Shown piece after piece: positions 46,628-57,058 of a stretch of DNA of 64,000 nt. Position 1 is the first letter of the stretch; each line of letters begins with the position of its first letter. The DNA comes from an uncultured virus (IMG/VR IMGVR_UViG_3300015608_001800). Lineage: Duplodnaviria; Heunggongvirae; Uroviricota; Caudoviricetes. Made by a program: the position numbers and the translations under genes. The notes under the pieces were generated by a model. It worked only from the letters and a program-made list of their open reading frames with translations, ran no database searches and had not been told where the DNA came from. The stretch lies in IMG/VR virus record IMGVR_UViG_3300015608_001800; one strand, 5' to 3'.

Positions 46628-47400
46628 ACGTAACCTCTCAAAGGTGTATTATTTTTAATTGCTTTATTTAGTGTATTATAAGAAACATCTAAAAATTCTG
46701 TAGCTTTTTTAATTGACTCCCACTCCTTTATTAAAACACTGTTTTGATATTGGAGTACCTTTTTTTGTAAAGATTTTGATCTTTTTTCAATAGATTCTTT
46801 AGAAAAAACTTGTAGTTTCCTTTTTTCTCTAATTTTTTTCTTAGATTCATCACTATGTTTTTTGCCGGTTATCCAAGTTTTTTGGCCTTTATGTGATTTA
46901 CTCAGTTTTAATTTATATTCATCACTAAAAGTCTTACCTTTATTGGGTGATGTTCTACCTTTTAATGATTTAGATAAATTTTTTCTATGTTTTTCCGTTC
47001 TCTTTTTATCATTATTTAACCACGGTATTGGTTTACCTTTCTTTGATTCTGACATTTTTCTCTTACTTTCTTCTCTATGTTTACTACCTTTAGTGGAAGG
47101 GGGTTGGTCACCACCATTTGTACAGTTGGTTAAATTACATCCAATAAATTTAAAATAAGAAATATAATAGGATTCCCAAAATTGCCATTCTTTTTCTAAA
47201 ACTTCATCAATAATAATTAGTTCTGGTCTAACATTATTTTCTTTTAACTTTCTTATCCACCTATCTTTATATGAATCATATAGATTTCTATCGGCAATAT
47301 GTCTACGTAATCTCGATTTTGGGTTTAAACTTTTACCTATATACCGTACTTGGCTAGTGATTGGATCAATTAAGCCGTAGATATAAACATTTCTTTCCAT
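46606..47400 (-). CDS. GIY-YIG homing endonuclease with NUMOD3 repeats
   Basis: YIYGLIDP...RYIGKS..P..RL..H, LTN.T.GG. Confidence 0.9.
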   Translation of the reverse strand: MERNVYIYGLIDPITSQVRYIGKSLNPKSRLRRHIADRNLYDSYKDRWIRKLKENNVRPELIIIDEVLEKEWQFWESYYISYFKFIGCNLTNCTNGGDQPPSTKGSKHREESKRKMSESKKGKPIPWLNNDKKRTEKHRKNLSKSLKGRTSPNKGKTFSDEYKLKLSKSHKGQKTWITGKKHSDESKKKIREKRKLQVFSKESIEKRSKSLQKKVLQYQNSVLIKEWESIKKATEFLDVSYNTLNKAIKNNTPLRGYVWKKKKK

Positions 47401-47429
47401 AATGATAAATATCTATCATTACGTGAAAA

Positions 47430-47465
47430 TTATTTGGTAGACACATCTAAGCCTAAAATTCTCAT
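47430..47465 (-). pseudogene. Relic original N-terminus of RuvC-like gene
   Basis: MRILGLDVSTK* versus current RIMGLDVSTK. Confidence 0.88.
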
Positions 47466-47489
47466 TTAAAAACATTAATTTAATTATTA

Positions 47490-48692
47490 TTATATAGTAA
47501 AACCAAGGTCTATTCTACCTCTAAGGTCTAAACCATTTTCATTAATTCCACTATCAAGTGGTAACATAAACTCTAAAGGTTGTACATTACCCATCACTAA
47601 AGCCTCATCAAGTTGTGCTATCGCAACAACACTACCATCCGAAGCGTGAAGACAAATTTTATCAACAGCTAAATCACAACCATCGTTTTGTCCGATATAT
47701 GATGGGTTAGAAGTTGCATTAGGTTCATCTGAAGGAATTGTAAGATTGATTTTAAGTTGTGTACTATAATCAATATCACTTGTTACTACAAATGTAGTTC
47801 CTGAATTAGTTGGTGTTGCTCCAGTATAGAAACTACCACTGAATGCTGTTAAATCTAAAGCGTTCACAATTTCTGGGGAGAAAAGAACACCTACTCCTTT
47901 ATCAATAAAATATAGACCAGCAACTCTATCATAACCGTATGAATTATTCCATCTTGTTGGGTTTGTTTGGCCAGCTCTAAAACCAGCTAATTGTCCATTG
48001 AATCTACCATATCTATTTGTCTCACCGTAACCAGTAGACCAAGAAACACTAGTCCCTGTAGAACCAGTGAATGTGTAATAAATACTATCACTAAATAACG
48101 GTACTACTTTGGATTGGAAGTATGGGTAATCTGTATCTGCCGGATTTGGGTTTGATCCCTCAACATAGGAGTAACCGATACCATAGGTTTCGAATATTCT
48201 ACTCGGTTCACTTGTAACCATATCAATCTTAGCACCAGAACATAAACTACTTGTATCTTTGCCTAAACAACCTTCAGTGTAAAAGAAACTACTGTAAAGT
48301 GTAGTTGCTGTCAAACCTGAAGTCATACCTGTATAAGCTGAATTTAATGGGATATTAATCGCTAAATTATAACCATTTGTTTCAACTCTATATTGTTCTT
48401 GATTAATACTAAAAACGTAAGCCCCGTAAGTACCAAAAGCACTTACTAAATCGGCTAAACTAGTGTCTAAAACCCCACCATAAGCGTATGGTTGGTTCAA
48501 CATATTCAAACTAGATTGGTCGTACATTCCCATTAATGACATCCATAAATGGTTAGTTGATTCAGTTTTATAAGTAGGACTAGTTACTGGATCTAAGTAA
48601 TACCATTTCCATTCAGTTGGGTGGATAGCAACGGTATATAAATCTGAAATATCTTTTACTGTTGCAATACTTGTTTTATCTATTTTATACAT
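47490..48692 (-). CDS. Putative virion structural protein
   Basis: T/S/G-rich; C-terminus resembles that of 50290-52383. Confidence 0.6.
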   Translation of the reverse strand: MYKIDKTSIATVKDISDLYTVAIHPTEWKWYYLDPVTSPTYKTESTNHLWMSLMGMYDQSSLNMLNQPYAYGGVLDTSLADLVSAFGTYGAYVFSINQEQYRVETNGYNLAINIPLNSAYTGMTSGLTATTLYSSFFYTEGCLGKDTSSLCSGAKIDMVTSEPSRIFETYGIGYSYVEGSNPNPADTDYPYFQSKVVPLFSDSIYYTFTGSTGTSVSWSTGYGETNRYGRFNGQLAGFRAGQTNPTRWNNSYGYDRVAGLYFIDKGVGVLFSPEIVNALDLTAFSGSFYTGATPTNSGTTFVVTSDIDYSTQLKINLTIPSDEPNATSNPSYIGQNDGCDLAVDKICLHASDGSVVAIAQLDEALVMGNVQPLEFMLPLDSGINENGLDLRGRIDLGFTI

Positions 48693-48693
48693 T

Positions 48694-48921
48694 TTATAAT
48701 GTTGTTAATTTCGCATTATTTTCATCACCCACCGCAAATAAATTATTCATTTCAGCTCCAGGTATTTGGACATTTACTATTGGTGCCCCTTTATTTGTTT
48801 TTGAAATAAAAACTCTACTTTGTGATGAAAGTAAAAAGTTCTTGTCAGTTATTGTTCCTGAATATTCATTATCAGGGTATCTGTAAGTTAATAAGTAACT
48901 TGGTATGATTGATTTTGCCAT
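48694..48921 (-). CDS. Hypothetical protein in structural operon
   Basis: Coupled ORF. Confidence 0.55.
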   Translation of the reverse strand: MAKSIIPSYLLTYRYPDNEYSGTITDKNFLLSSQSRVFISKTNKGAPIVNVQIPGAEMNNLFAVGDENNAKLTTL

Positions 48922-50057
48922 TACACTAATTCTATAATTTCACCTTCTGATGATGGTACTAAAGAATCCGTAGGATCTAAAATAAAATTAATCACCAGTT
49001 TATTACCATAAATTTCGTTTAAATTATTTATAGTTCTATTTGCTAACGTCATATCAAAATTTAAAGGTACTTGATATTTTCCATCAACTAACTGACCGTT
49101 AGATTTGAAATAAAGATATAATCTATCCGTTAAACCTTTTAATGCTGATTGACCGTTAGTATTGAAGAAATTCATAAAATACCCTATTTGGTCGTTAGAT
49201 TTGGTGTTGTATAATTTATTACTTCTTAAGTCATAAATCGTACCACCAATACTCATTGCCGGGTAAATCCAATCATAATAATCAGTTTTAGATTCAACCT
49301 CTTCAAAATTAGTTACAAAACCAAAATTAGTGTTATAACCCCAATAATCAGGTTGTAAACTAATTCTTAAATTAGTACCATCGATTTGTTTACCACCAAC
49401 TAAAGCTGATGTTGCACCAAGTCTAAGGGGTGACCAAAATCTAGTTGATCCAAAACCTTCATAAAGATATTTTTCACCACCCTTATCAACCCTCATAAAT
49501 AATGGATTTATAGAACGATACCTATTGATGTCTTCTTTTGATGAGAAAACATAACTAATTTTAAAATCTGTAGTATTATTAATATCGTCAAAAGTACCTG
49601 TTGTAAAATTCTTTTCTCTAACAGTAAGACTTATATAGTCGAATATATCCATCGTTACTTTTTCTATCATATCAAAAGAATAACCGTTAGTAAGAGCTTG
49701 ATTAAGGTAATTAATCCATCTCATAACGTGGAAGTTTACTGTTAAATTAGGATCCTTAAATTCATCAGCACAATCTTCTTTATTAAAGAAAACAATCCCG
49801 TTTTGAATTAAATCTTGAATTTCTTGTGTGGTAGGATTTGTCATCATACCTTGATAACCAGCTTTTGAACAATATGACGCTGTTTTAGGTGTTAAGGCAT
49901 CTAACCCAGCTATCGATGGGATAATTGTTTGGTCAGCAGTTACAGCATAGTTTCTTCCAGAATCTCCTAAAGAAAAATACTGAATAGTGTCTAACCAACC
50001 TTTCTTACCTAAAAGTTCAGCTCCATATTTTGTTGTATACAGTGTAATATTAGCCAT
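48921..50057 (-). CDS. Putative virion protein
   Basis: N-terminal T.YG..LL...YFSLGDS shared with neighbours. Confidence 0.6.
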   Translation of the reverse strand: MANITLYTTKYGAELLGKKGWLDTIQYFSLGDSGRNYAVTADQTIIPSIAGLDALTPKTASYCSKAGYQGMMTNPTTQEIQDLIQNGIVFFNKEDCADEFKDPNLTVNFHVMRWINYLNQALTNGYSFDMIEKVTMDIFDYISLTVREKNFTTGTFDDINNTTDFKISYVFSSKEDINRYRSINPLFMRVDKGGEKYLYEGFGSTRFWSPLRLGATSALVGGKQIDGTNLRISLQPDYWGYNTNFGFVTNFEEVESKTDYYDWIYPAMSIGGTIYDLRSNKLYNTKSNDQIGYFMNFFNTNGQSALKGLTDRLYLYFKSNGQLVDGKYQVPLNFDMTLANRTINNLNEIYGNKLVINFILDPTDSLVPSSEGEIIELV

Positions 50058-50287
50058 TATTTAGTTGTTATTTCATATCTATTATTTATTAAATCTACTT
50101 TTGATTTTTCAGAACCATTTATATCTGGCATGAAATCAGGTGGAACATCTAAACTATAAATAAAGTTATCATTCCATAGACTATAATAAAATATTTCATT
50201 TACTAAACCCTTTGTCATTAATAATTTCTTACCTTCTTTAGTGAGGACAAAATTAAGTGAGTTTGGGTTGCCATTTATAAAAGCCAT
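50057..50287 (-). CDS. Small putative virion protein
   Basis: LTKEGKKLL...YYSL N-terminal module only. Confidence 0.55.
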   Translation of the reverse strand: MAFINGNPNSLNFVLTKEGKKLLMTKGLVNEIFYYSLWNDNFIYSLDVPPDFMPDINGSEKSKVDLINNRYEITTK

Positions 50288-50289
50288 AG

Positions 50290-52383
50290 TTATAAATCAA
50301 AAGCTATTTCAATTAATATGGTAGCGTTTGTTATTTTCTCAATAGGTAGATTTGTTTTACCAACCGCAACTAAAGGTCTATTACCTAATTGTGTTGGTGA
50401 ACCGTATACATGAATTTCATCGATGTGAACTTTTTGTCCAGATGAGGCCCATGTTGGGTTTGTCGACCAATTGAACATTGTTGGTGGAATTGCAAATACG
50501 AATTTTGTTCTATATTTGTTTGTAACACCAATTGCTTCAACGTTACCATATAAAAATCTTTCATCACCAAATTGTAGATAATCTGATTCAGCTATCTGTG
50601 GTATCTTAATGAAATTACTTAAATCATAAGTTGTACCTGATAGATAGTCAGTGTTAGTTATCTCAAATTCAGACACCGCTAAATTATTTGGATCTATTCT
50701 TGTACCAAGTGTATGTCCAACAATGTCAGAAGTATAGTCCATCAATTTCCATTGAGTTGGATCTGGGTAAGTACCTAAAGGTTGTTTTTGAGCTAAGATA
50801 TAGAATTTATCTGCGTACCAACCAGTACCACCACTAACTTTCATGTATGGGAATTCGTTTGGTAACGTAACCTTAATTGTTTTACTATCAATTGGGTTAC
50901 AGTCACAATCTTCTGTTGTTACACAAACAATGTTTTGACAATGTAAACCACTTGTATACCCTGAAGTACTTTCTAACATGTATGTTATATATACAACTTC
51001 AGTTCCATCAACAATACCATCAATTAAACTTCCTAATTGTGTATTAGCCGTTGGAAGAGTCCAATTTCTATTTGATTTATATGAAAGTGCCGCTACAAGT
51101 TCTTGGTTATCTAAGCTAAACATATGAAGTTCAGGATAAATTCGACCAACTTTATTACTATATTTGTCTACTAAGTCATAGTAATAAACATTTTTCTCCA
51201 TTGAATTTGGTTGTGGAGCTGGATAAATTGTGTTACCAGATAATGTAACATATTGCATACTACCTGAACCACTAAATACTTGTCCTATTGTTGTTGCACT
51301 ATATTCTTTGTGCCACATTAAAGTAGGTAAGATTAATTTAGGTGAATCAGGAACGGTAGTGTCAATATAGAATTTCTGACCATATTTTTGTTCACTTTGG
51401 TTATCACAAGTTTCTTTGTTCGTATAATGAATAAGACTAACAGAAGGTACTATATTACAAGCCGTATTAGCTGTATATAGATAACCTATCTCAGATGTAT
51501 AACCAAAATATTCTTTTGTACCTATATAAGTTTCTGAACCATAGTCGTCGAAAGTTTCATGTGTTGAAGGGTTAACTCCTGGAATTGGGTATGACCAAAC
51601 ATTGTTCATGTTCCATACACAACCACCACTAAAGAACCCACCATCACTAAATAAAGTATCCTTCGTAGTTCCTGTTCCTAATGGATAGAAAATTACTTGT
51701 GCTTCATTTGCTCCAACATAAGATGGGAAACTAGCGAAATTTCTATCTATAGTAATTTGTAAATCGTTAGATGCTAAAGTAGTACCACTTACAATATCTT
51801 GTACTTGGAACCATAGATAAGGTACTGGAACTGTTAAATCTACAACATTAGGTGCCTGTATTAATGACAATTCATCATTACTCATCTTAACCATTAATAG
51901 GTCACCGATTTTAGGTTCATAAGTATTTGAACCATAAGTACCTGATTGTCTAATAGGGATAGAAGTACCACCTGTTAAACCAGCTAAAGGAATAACAGCA
52001 TCAGGTTGTAATACATGACAAACAGTATCAGTATAGGCTGTGTACTCAATAGTTGCACCTGAACCATATTCAAAGAAACCAAGTCTTGGTGATTGAATTA
52101 AGGTCTGTAAAATTACAGGGGGTTGACTAGGCATACTAACATAAGTGTTAGTTGCATTTGCAGTAGGTAATATTGGTGTTTTAATATCAGGATTTTCAGC
52201 CTTAGCTCTTATAATATTTTCCAATGTAATATCATATGTCGGACCTAAGGTGGTGTAATCAATATTTGAATCGCCTAACCTAAATGTGTCAAAGTTAAGT
52301 AGACCTAAAGAAAGTAGTAATCTACCCTCATTTGTAAGTCTAGCACTTATTACTGTATTGCTGTTTTTATCTATATAACTCAC
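50290..52383 (-). CDS. Putative tail/baseplate structural protein
   Basis: ARLTNEGR.LL...F.LGDS.IDY N-terminus; VAVGK..PIEK C-terminus. Confidence 0.6.
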   Translation of the reverse strand: MSYIDKNSNTVISARLTNEGRLLLSLGLLNFDTFRLGDSNIDYTTLGPTYDITLENIIRAKAENPDIKTPILPTANATNTYVSMPSQPPVILQTLIQSPRLGFFEYGSGATIEYTAYTDTVCHVLQPDAVIPLAGLTGGTSIPIRQSGTYGSNTYEPKIGDLLMVKMSNDELSLIQAPNVVDLTVPVPYLWFQVQDIVSGTTLASNDLQITIDRNFASFPSYVGANEAQVIFYPLGTGTTKDTLFSDGGFFSGGCVWNMNNVWSYPIPGVNPSTHETFDDYGSETYIGTKEYFGYTSEIGYLYTANTACNIVPSVSLIHYTNKETCDNQSEQKYGQKFYIDTTVPDSPKLILPTLMWHKEYSATTIGQVFSGSGSMQYVTLSGNTIYPAPQPNSMEKNVYYYDLVDKYSNKVGRIYPELHMFSLDNQELVAALSYKSNRNWTLPTANTQLGSLIDGIVDGTEVVYITYMLESTSGYTSGLHCQNIVCVTTEDCDCNPIDSKTIKVTLPNEFPYMKVSGGTGWYADKFYILAQKQPLGTYPDPTQWKLMDYTSDIVGHTLGTRIDPNNLAVSEFEITNTDYLSGTTYDLSNFIKIPQIAESDYLQFGDERFLYGNVEAIGVTNKYRTKFVFAIPPTMFNWSTNPTWASSGQKVHIDEIHVYGSPTQLGNRPLVAVGKTNLPIEKITNATILIEIAFDL

Positions 52384-52427
52384 TTTCTACTTTTTTTTTA
52401 TAAATATCGTTATATTATCTTTTTATA

Positions 52428-55427
52428 TTATTTTTCAAAGAAGAAGTCCTTCTTTAATTTAGTTAATGCCGTTTTACCAGGGATGATACCAAAATAGTAA
52501 TATGGTATATTTGACCTAGTATTTGGGTTGTTTCTGTTGTTTCTGTCATTATATCTATCCCAACCATCATTGTCAGCCTCATTGAGGTCTGGACTTGTTG
52601 GTGTGATAGGTGAAACACCTCTAGTCCAATTATCATTAGGTTTACCAACACAATTTGATGGGTTACCTCCACAAGGACTAAATCTACTAGCCACATCCTT
52701 ATCAACCACAAACCCACCGTAATTATTAGGATCGTTAACTAAATCACCGTAAGGGTTGGAAACTCCAGGTGGGTTAAACTCATCTTGTGTTGGTGGTGTG
52801 TCTGATAATTGAATGTCTGTGTAAATTTTAGAGACTTCTTTCATAAAGAAATAAGGATTGTCTTGTAACTCAAACTCGTGACATCCTCCTGGTCCCCAAA
52901 ATAATTCTCTGAAACTACAAGGTGGGTTAGTTTGTGTTTTTGCTAAATAAAGTAGAACTTCTCTTGGATCTTCATATGAACTTTCCTTTAAGAAATTCAC
53001 CCAATAATTAGTATCCCAACCATCTTCAAAGAAAGTACCCGTAAAGAATGTTGCTGATTGTGTATACTCACTTAATGCCTGACTAGCTTGAATTGAGGTT
53101 TCAATTTGTTCTAAAGTCTCTTGACACATTTCAATCCTACCTAATGATACAATTTTAGTCGATAACAATGCGTTACAATATATAATATCACCTATATCGG
53201 TAGCACCAGTTTCTTTTGATGTTGTTGCACTATTGTGCCAAACTTCATGATAGTTACCAACACCAACATAAGGATGACCCTTTGTTGTATTAGGGCCTCT
53301 TAATAAACATCTTGCACATTGGTCACCACCATCGGTATCAATACAACATTTATTACTCTTATAGTTATCACCTCTTAAATGGTCGGCTCCTGGTCCACAG
53401 AATTTCTCTTTTCCATTTCTATTTTTCTTATACTTAAATTGGAATAAGTATGCTGTTCCAAATACCCAAGCATCGTTAAACACTCTTCTAATAACATTTC
53501 TATTTTCAGCTGCGTTTAATTTAACACAACATTTCCAATCTAAAAGAGCTTGTAAACATGGGTTATTTCCTAAATTAGTGCCAGTAACGTCTAAATTTAC
53601 ACAAGTATTACAACCTGAACATGGGTTACCCCCTTGACAACTACATCCTAAAGTACTTCCACCACAACTTGCTGGATTACAACTTGCCCAAGTACCACCA
53701 CTTGGTGGAATGTCGTATCCTTCACCGTTTGGTGCATTCTCACAAGGTAATTGGAACTGTGGTATTAACCCTCCTAACCAAGCAAATGGACATATTTGAT
53801 AACAGAAATCAACTAAAGTGAAATCAATGGTAAAACCTAAACTTATTTTAACTATGGTAGGTCCGTCCCAACTCCACTGAAACCTTATTTTAACACAGAA
53901 TTTTATACATAGACTTACTAATATTATTAGAAGTTTCAGTATAAAAGATATAATGTCTATAATAAAAGCAATAATGTAGTATATAATATCAAACTTCCAT
54001 ATTGCATTCGTGAAAGGGAATAAGTTAGTTTCAGCACTAACATCGGTATTTTTAATACCAATATGACTAAACCTATTAGCACCTTTTTTATATTTTTTAA
54101 TATAATGAGCAATGGTATAGAGTTGTTTCCACTCAAATAAATGGAAATCTAGTTCAGGATTTCTATATGCATTAATATCATCTGTAAATCTTTGGTCTTC
54201 AGTTCCACCAGGTGTACCGCCATTAACAGCCCCTAATGTACCACCAAAATCTCTACCCAAACTTGGGAAGAATATGTGTGCAGTTCTAAATTTAGGGTTC
54301 TCATTAGGTTCAACAAAGTTCATCTTAAACCTGTATAAACCTTTAGTCGCTATACCCACAGAAGGGTCAGTTGAAGGAACTAAATTACCAAACTCATCGG
54401 TAATTACATGACCAAGATTCATTGGTACCGCATAAGCAAACGTACCATTCTCATCAATTAAATCACCACCATTAACTGTAAAATTTTCTAATTCAGTAGG
54501 TACTACCTTATCGTTATTAACCCACTCTAATAAGTCATAATCTGAGGCCCTTATCATTTCGATACGACCAACACCAGTTCTTAACTCATCCTCTTCACCC
54601 ATATCATTTCTTGGGTTACATCCTTTATTTAAGTTCATCTTACCTGAGTCAGTAAAGATAGAACCAAAGAATAAAGCGTTAGGTTTAATCTCTAAACCAG
54701 TATCGAAATCGGCTCTTGTAATACCAATTTCACAAGTTTCTGAATCACCCCAAAACGGTATTACTTCAACACCCCTATTACCTGTTTTAATTTGAGGTAA
54801 TGAGTCTAGATTTGTTGAGGATTTAAATTCAACTCTCGATTGGAAGAGTTTTTCAGGGTAACCTTCTTCGATTAAATCGTAAGGTCTAACACTTGCTGCT
54901 CCAATATCACTCATATCTAAATCCATATGAATCGTATATTGTCCAACAGGGACTCCAAATATCATGAAATCTCCCGCATTGTTGGTTTTAGTTGTGTATT
55001 TGTAATATTTTTCAAAGACTTCCAACACTATATCGTTATCTAAAACCTCCTCTTTAGTTGGGAATGTACCAACTGGAGTGTTTAGTTGACATGTTGATTT
55101 AGAAAGTAAAAGATTATATCTAATACCATCCTTATTTTTTTGAAAAGGTGTCTTAAATGGGTAAAGGTCCTTGATTAATTCATTTTTTTGGTCTTCATTT
55201 GTAATAGGAATAAAGATTGATACCTTTGCATTAGGCAAACCAAATCCTTTGTTTGCAATTACACGACCAACAACAACACCGTAATTGGCACAAAATGGTT
55301 GGTACAAGTCTTCCTGACTAATTTTGAGACTTAATATCTCAAGAAAGTCAAAGTCTTGATCTAATTTGAACCTAATATTTTTACTACTACCAGGTGTAGT
55401 TCTTATTCGTATTGATTGATTAGACAT
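52428..55427 (-). CDS. Large putative virion protein with hydrophobic segment and Cys-rich region
   Basis: 999 aa, prealbumin-like N-terminal signature, long hydrophobic helix. Confidence 0.6.
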   Translation of the reverse strand: MSNQSIRIRTTPGSSKNIRFKLDQDFDFLEILSLKISQEDLYQPFCANYGVVVGRVIANKGFGLPNAKVSIFIPITNEDQKNELIKDLYPFKTPFQKNKDGIRYNLLLSKSTCQLNTPVGTFPTKEEVLDNDIVLEVFEKYYKYTTKTNNAGDFMIFGVPVGQYTIHMDLDMSDIGAASVRPYDLIEEGYPEKLFQSRVEFKSSTNLDSLPQIKTGNRGVEVIPFWGDSETCEIGITRADFDTGLEIKPNALFFGSIFTDSGKMNLNKGCNPRNDMGEEDELRTGVGRIEMIRASDYDLLEWVNNDKVVPTELENFTVNGGDLIDENGTFAYAVPMNLGHVITDEFGNLVPSTDPSVGIATKGLYRFKMNFVEPNENPKFRTAHIFFPSLGRDFGGTLGAVNGGTPGGTEDQRFTDDINAYRNPELDFHLFEWKQLYTIAHYIKKYKKGANRFSHIGIKNTDVSAETNLFPFTNAIWKFDIIYYIIAFIIDIISFILKLLIILVSLCIKFCVKIRFQWSWDGPTIVKISLGFTIDFTLVDFCYQICPFAWLGGLIPQFQLPCENAPNGEGYDIPPSGGTWASCNPASCGGSTLGCSCQGGNPCSGCNTCVNLDVTGTNLGNNPCLQALLDWKCCVKLNAAENRNVIRRVFNDAWVFGTAYLFQFKYKKNRNGKEKFCGPGADHLRGDNYKSNKCCIDTDGGDQCARCLLRGPNTTKGHPYVGVGNYHEVWHNSATTSKETGATDIGDIIYCNALLSTKIVSLGRIEMCQETLEQIETSIQASQALSEYTQSATFFTGTFFEDGWDTNYWVNFLKESSYEDPREVLLYLAKTQTNPPCSFRELFWGPGGCHEFELQDNPYFFMKEVSKIYTDIQLSDTPPTQDEFNPPGVSNPYGDLVNDPNNYGGFVVDKDVASRFSPCGGNPSNCVGKPNDNWTRGVSPITPTSPDLNEADNDGWDRYNDRNNRNNPNTRSNIPYYYFGIIPGKTALTKLKKDFFFEK

Positions 55428-57058
55428 TAAGTACTATATAATAACTTAGGGTTATTGGTATTAAAGTAACCATATGCGAAAGAACATGTTGAAACACTGT
55501 TATCCATTTTTGCATAATAATTGACTTTAAATTCAACTTCAATTTTATATTTAACGTTGACTGACAAATTTGTAAATGAAGAAGAATAATTTACTTGGTC
55601 TCTCAAGTACGGGACATTGGAATTTTGGTATAGTAGTAGATTACTATCTTTATCATACAATTTCACATTAAAATAACCTACGACATTAGATGGTAATTGT
55701 TCATTAATTGACCAATTAACTGTGAAATCTCTACTATCTATTGTACCATAATCATAATCACCGTTATCTGGTTTAGAGTAGGCTAATAAACCAACAATAT
55801 CCCCAGCTCTAAGTGTTACAAAATCAGGATTAAAGTTGATTCTACCATCAAAAGTTGATAAGAAAAACTCTCTATCTTCCGTTAAAGCAACACCATTTAC
55901 ATATACTTTAATACTATATTCACTATTGATAGCTCTAGTAGTAAACATCTGTTGTGTTGGTGTAAGACATGATAAGGTACACACATTAATTGTATTATCA
56001 CCTGGTGTTCTATAATGATCAGTACCATCAAAAGTGAAACCATCAATAAGGATTGTATCCATGAAATACCTCTCAAAACTCATAGGCCATGAATTAGGTT
56101 GTGCATTAATATATGTTGCAACAACCGTATCACTAGGTCTAATTACATTACCACCCTCAATAGGTCCAAAAACCTCAACAACTTTAGGCGTTCCCCATCC
56201 GTTATCTATTATTTGGAAATCTCCTTCGGTTGGGCCGTTAAAACTTTGTTTTAACGTGATACCATTTACAGTCAATAACACTTCATTATTTAGTGGATAA
56301 CCACCTAAAATCCAATAATTTAAATTACCGTTAATAGCTTGAAAACTCATTTGAGATGATACACCATTAAATAACAATCTTTCAGATACCAAAACATAAT
56401 TAGGTAAAACCTTTCCTTCAGGTAATGGTAAAATTGGTTCTGGTGGATCGACTACAGTTATAAAATATCTATCTTCACTTTGTACTGTATTAAGTTGTAC
56501 AGAACTATTCCAAGTGTTAAAACCGTAACCCACATTACAATCTTTAGATACGAATGTGTAATAAAATCTCATTAGATAATCACCCCATGTATTTGGTAAT
56601 ACCGAACCTTGAGTGAAATTATGTGTGATAGTACTACTTGTTATAGCACTAAATGGTGTACAATAATTTAATCTTTCACCGACTAATCTTGTTGCTGCAC
56701 CACTAGTTATAAATCTAGAACCATCAAATAATTTATAACATAAATTACCTGTATATCCAGTGTAATCAGTACCACCCGTAATTATAACACTTATATCAAA
56801 GGTTGGTGTATAGTCGAAATTATAAACAGCAGTATCACCTGTAGTACATCCAGTTAACGTAGAAGTTAATCCTGAAACTAATTCTACAGCACCTGAAACT
56901 ATAAATTCAGGACTTCTAAAAACTTCAGAGCAAAATTCAACACTAGGGTTAATGTTATAAACATTACTTAAACCTAAGTCACTTAGGAGAACGTTTTCTT
57001 TAATCAACGTTAAAGAAACTACCTTTTCTTCTTCTTTTTTATTACACAAAAATCCCAT
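55427..57058 (-). CDS. Putative virion protein
   Basis: V.VNGV.L repeats, beta-rich. Confidence 0.6.
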   Translation of the reverse strand: MGFLCNKKEEEKVVSLTLIKENVLLSDLGLSNVYNINPSVEFCSEVFRSPEFIVSGAVELVSGLTSTLTGCTTGDTAVYNFDYTPTFDISVIITGGTDYTGYTGNLCYKLFDGSRFITSGAATRLVGERLNYCTPFSAITSSTITHNFTQGSVLPNTWGDYLMRFYYTFVSKDCNVGYGFNTWNSSVQLNTVQSEDRYFITVVDPPEPILPLPEGKVLPNYVLVSERLLFNGVSSQMSFQAINGNLNYWILGGYPLNNEVLLTVNGITLKQSFNGPTEGDFQIIDNGWGTPKVVEVFGPIEGGNVIRPSDTVVATYINAQPNSWPMSFERYFMDTILIDGFTFDGTDHYRTPGDNTINVCTLSCLTPTQQMFTTRAINSEYSIKVYVNGVALTEDREFFLSTFDGRINFNPDFVTLRAGDIVGLLAYSKPDNGDYDYGTIDSRDFTVNWSINEQLPSNVVGYFNVKLYDKDSNLLLYQNSNVPYLRDQVNYSSSFTNLSVNVKYKIEVEFKVNYYAKMDNSVSTCSFAYGYFNTNNPKLLYST

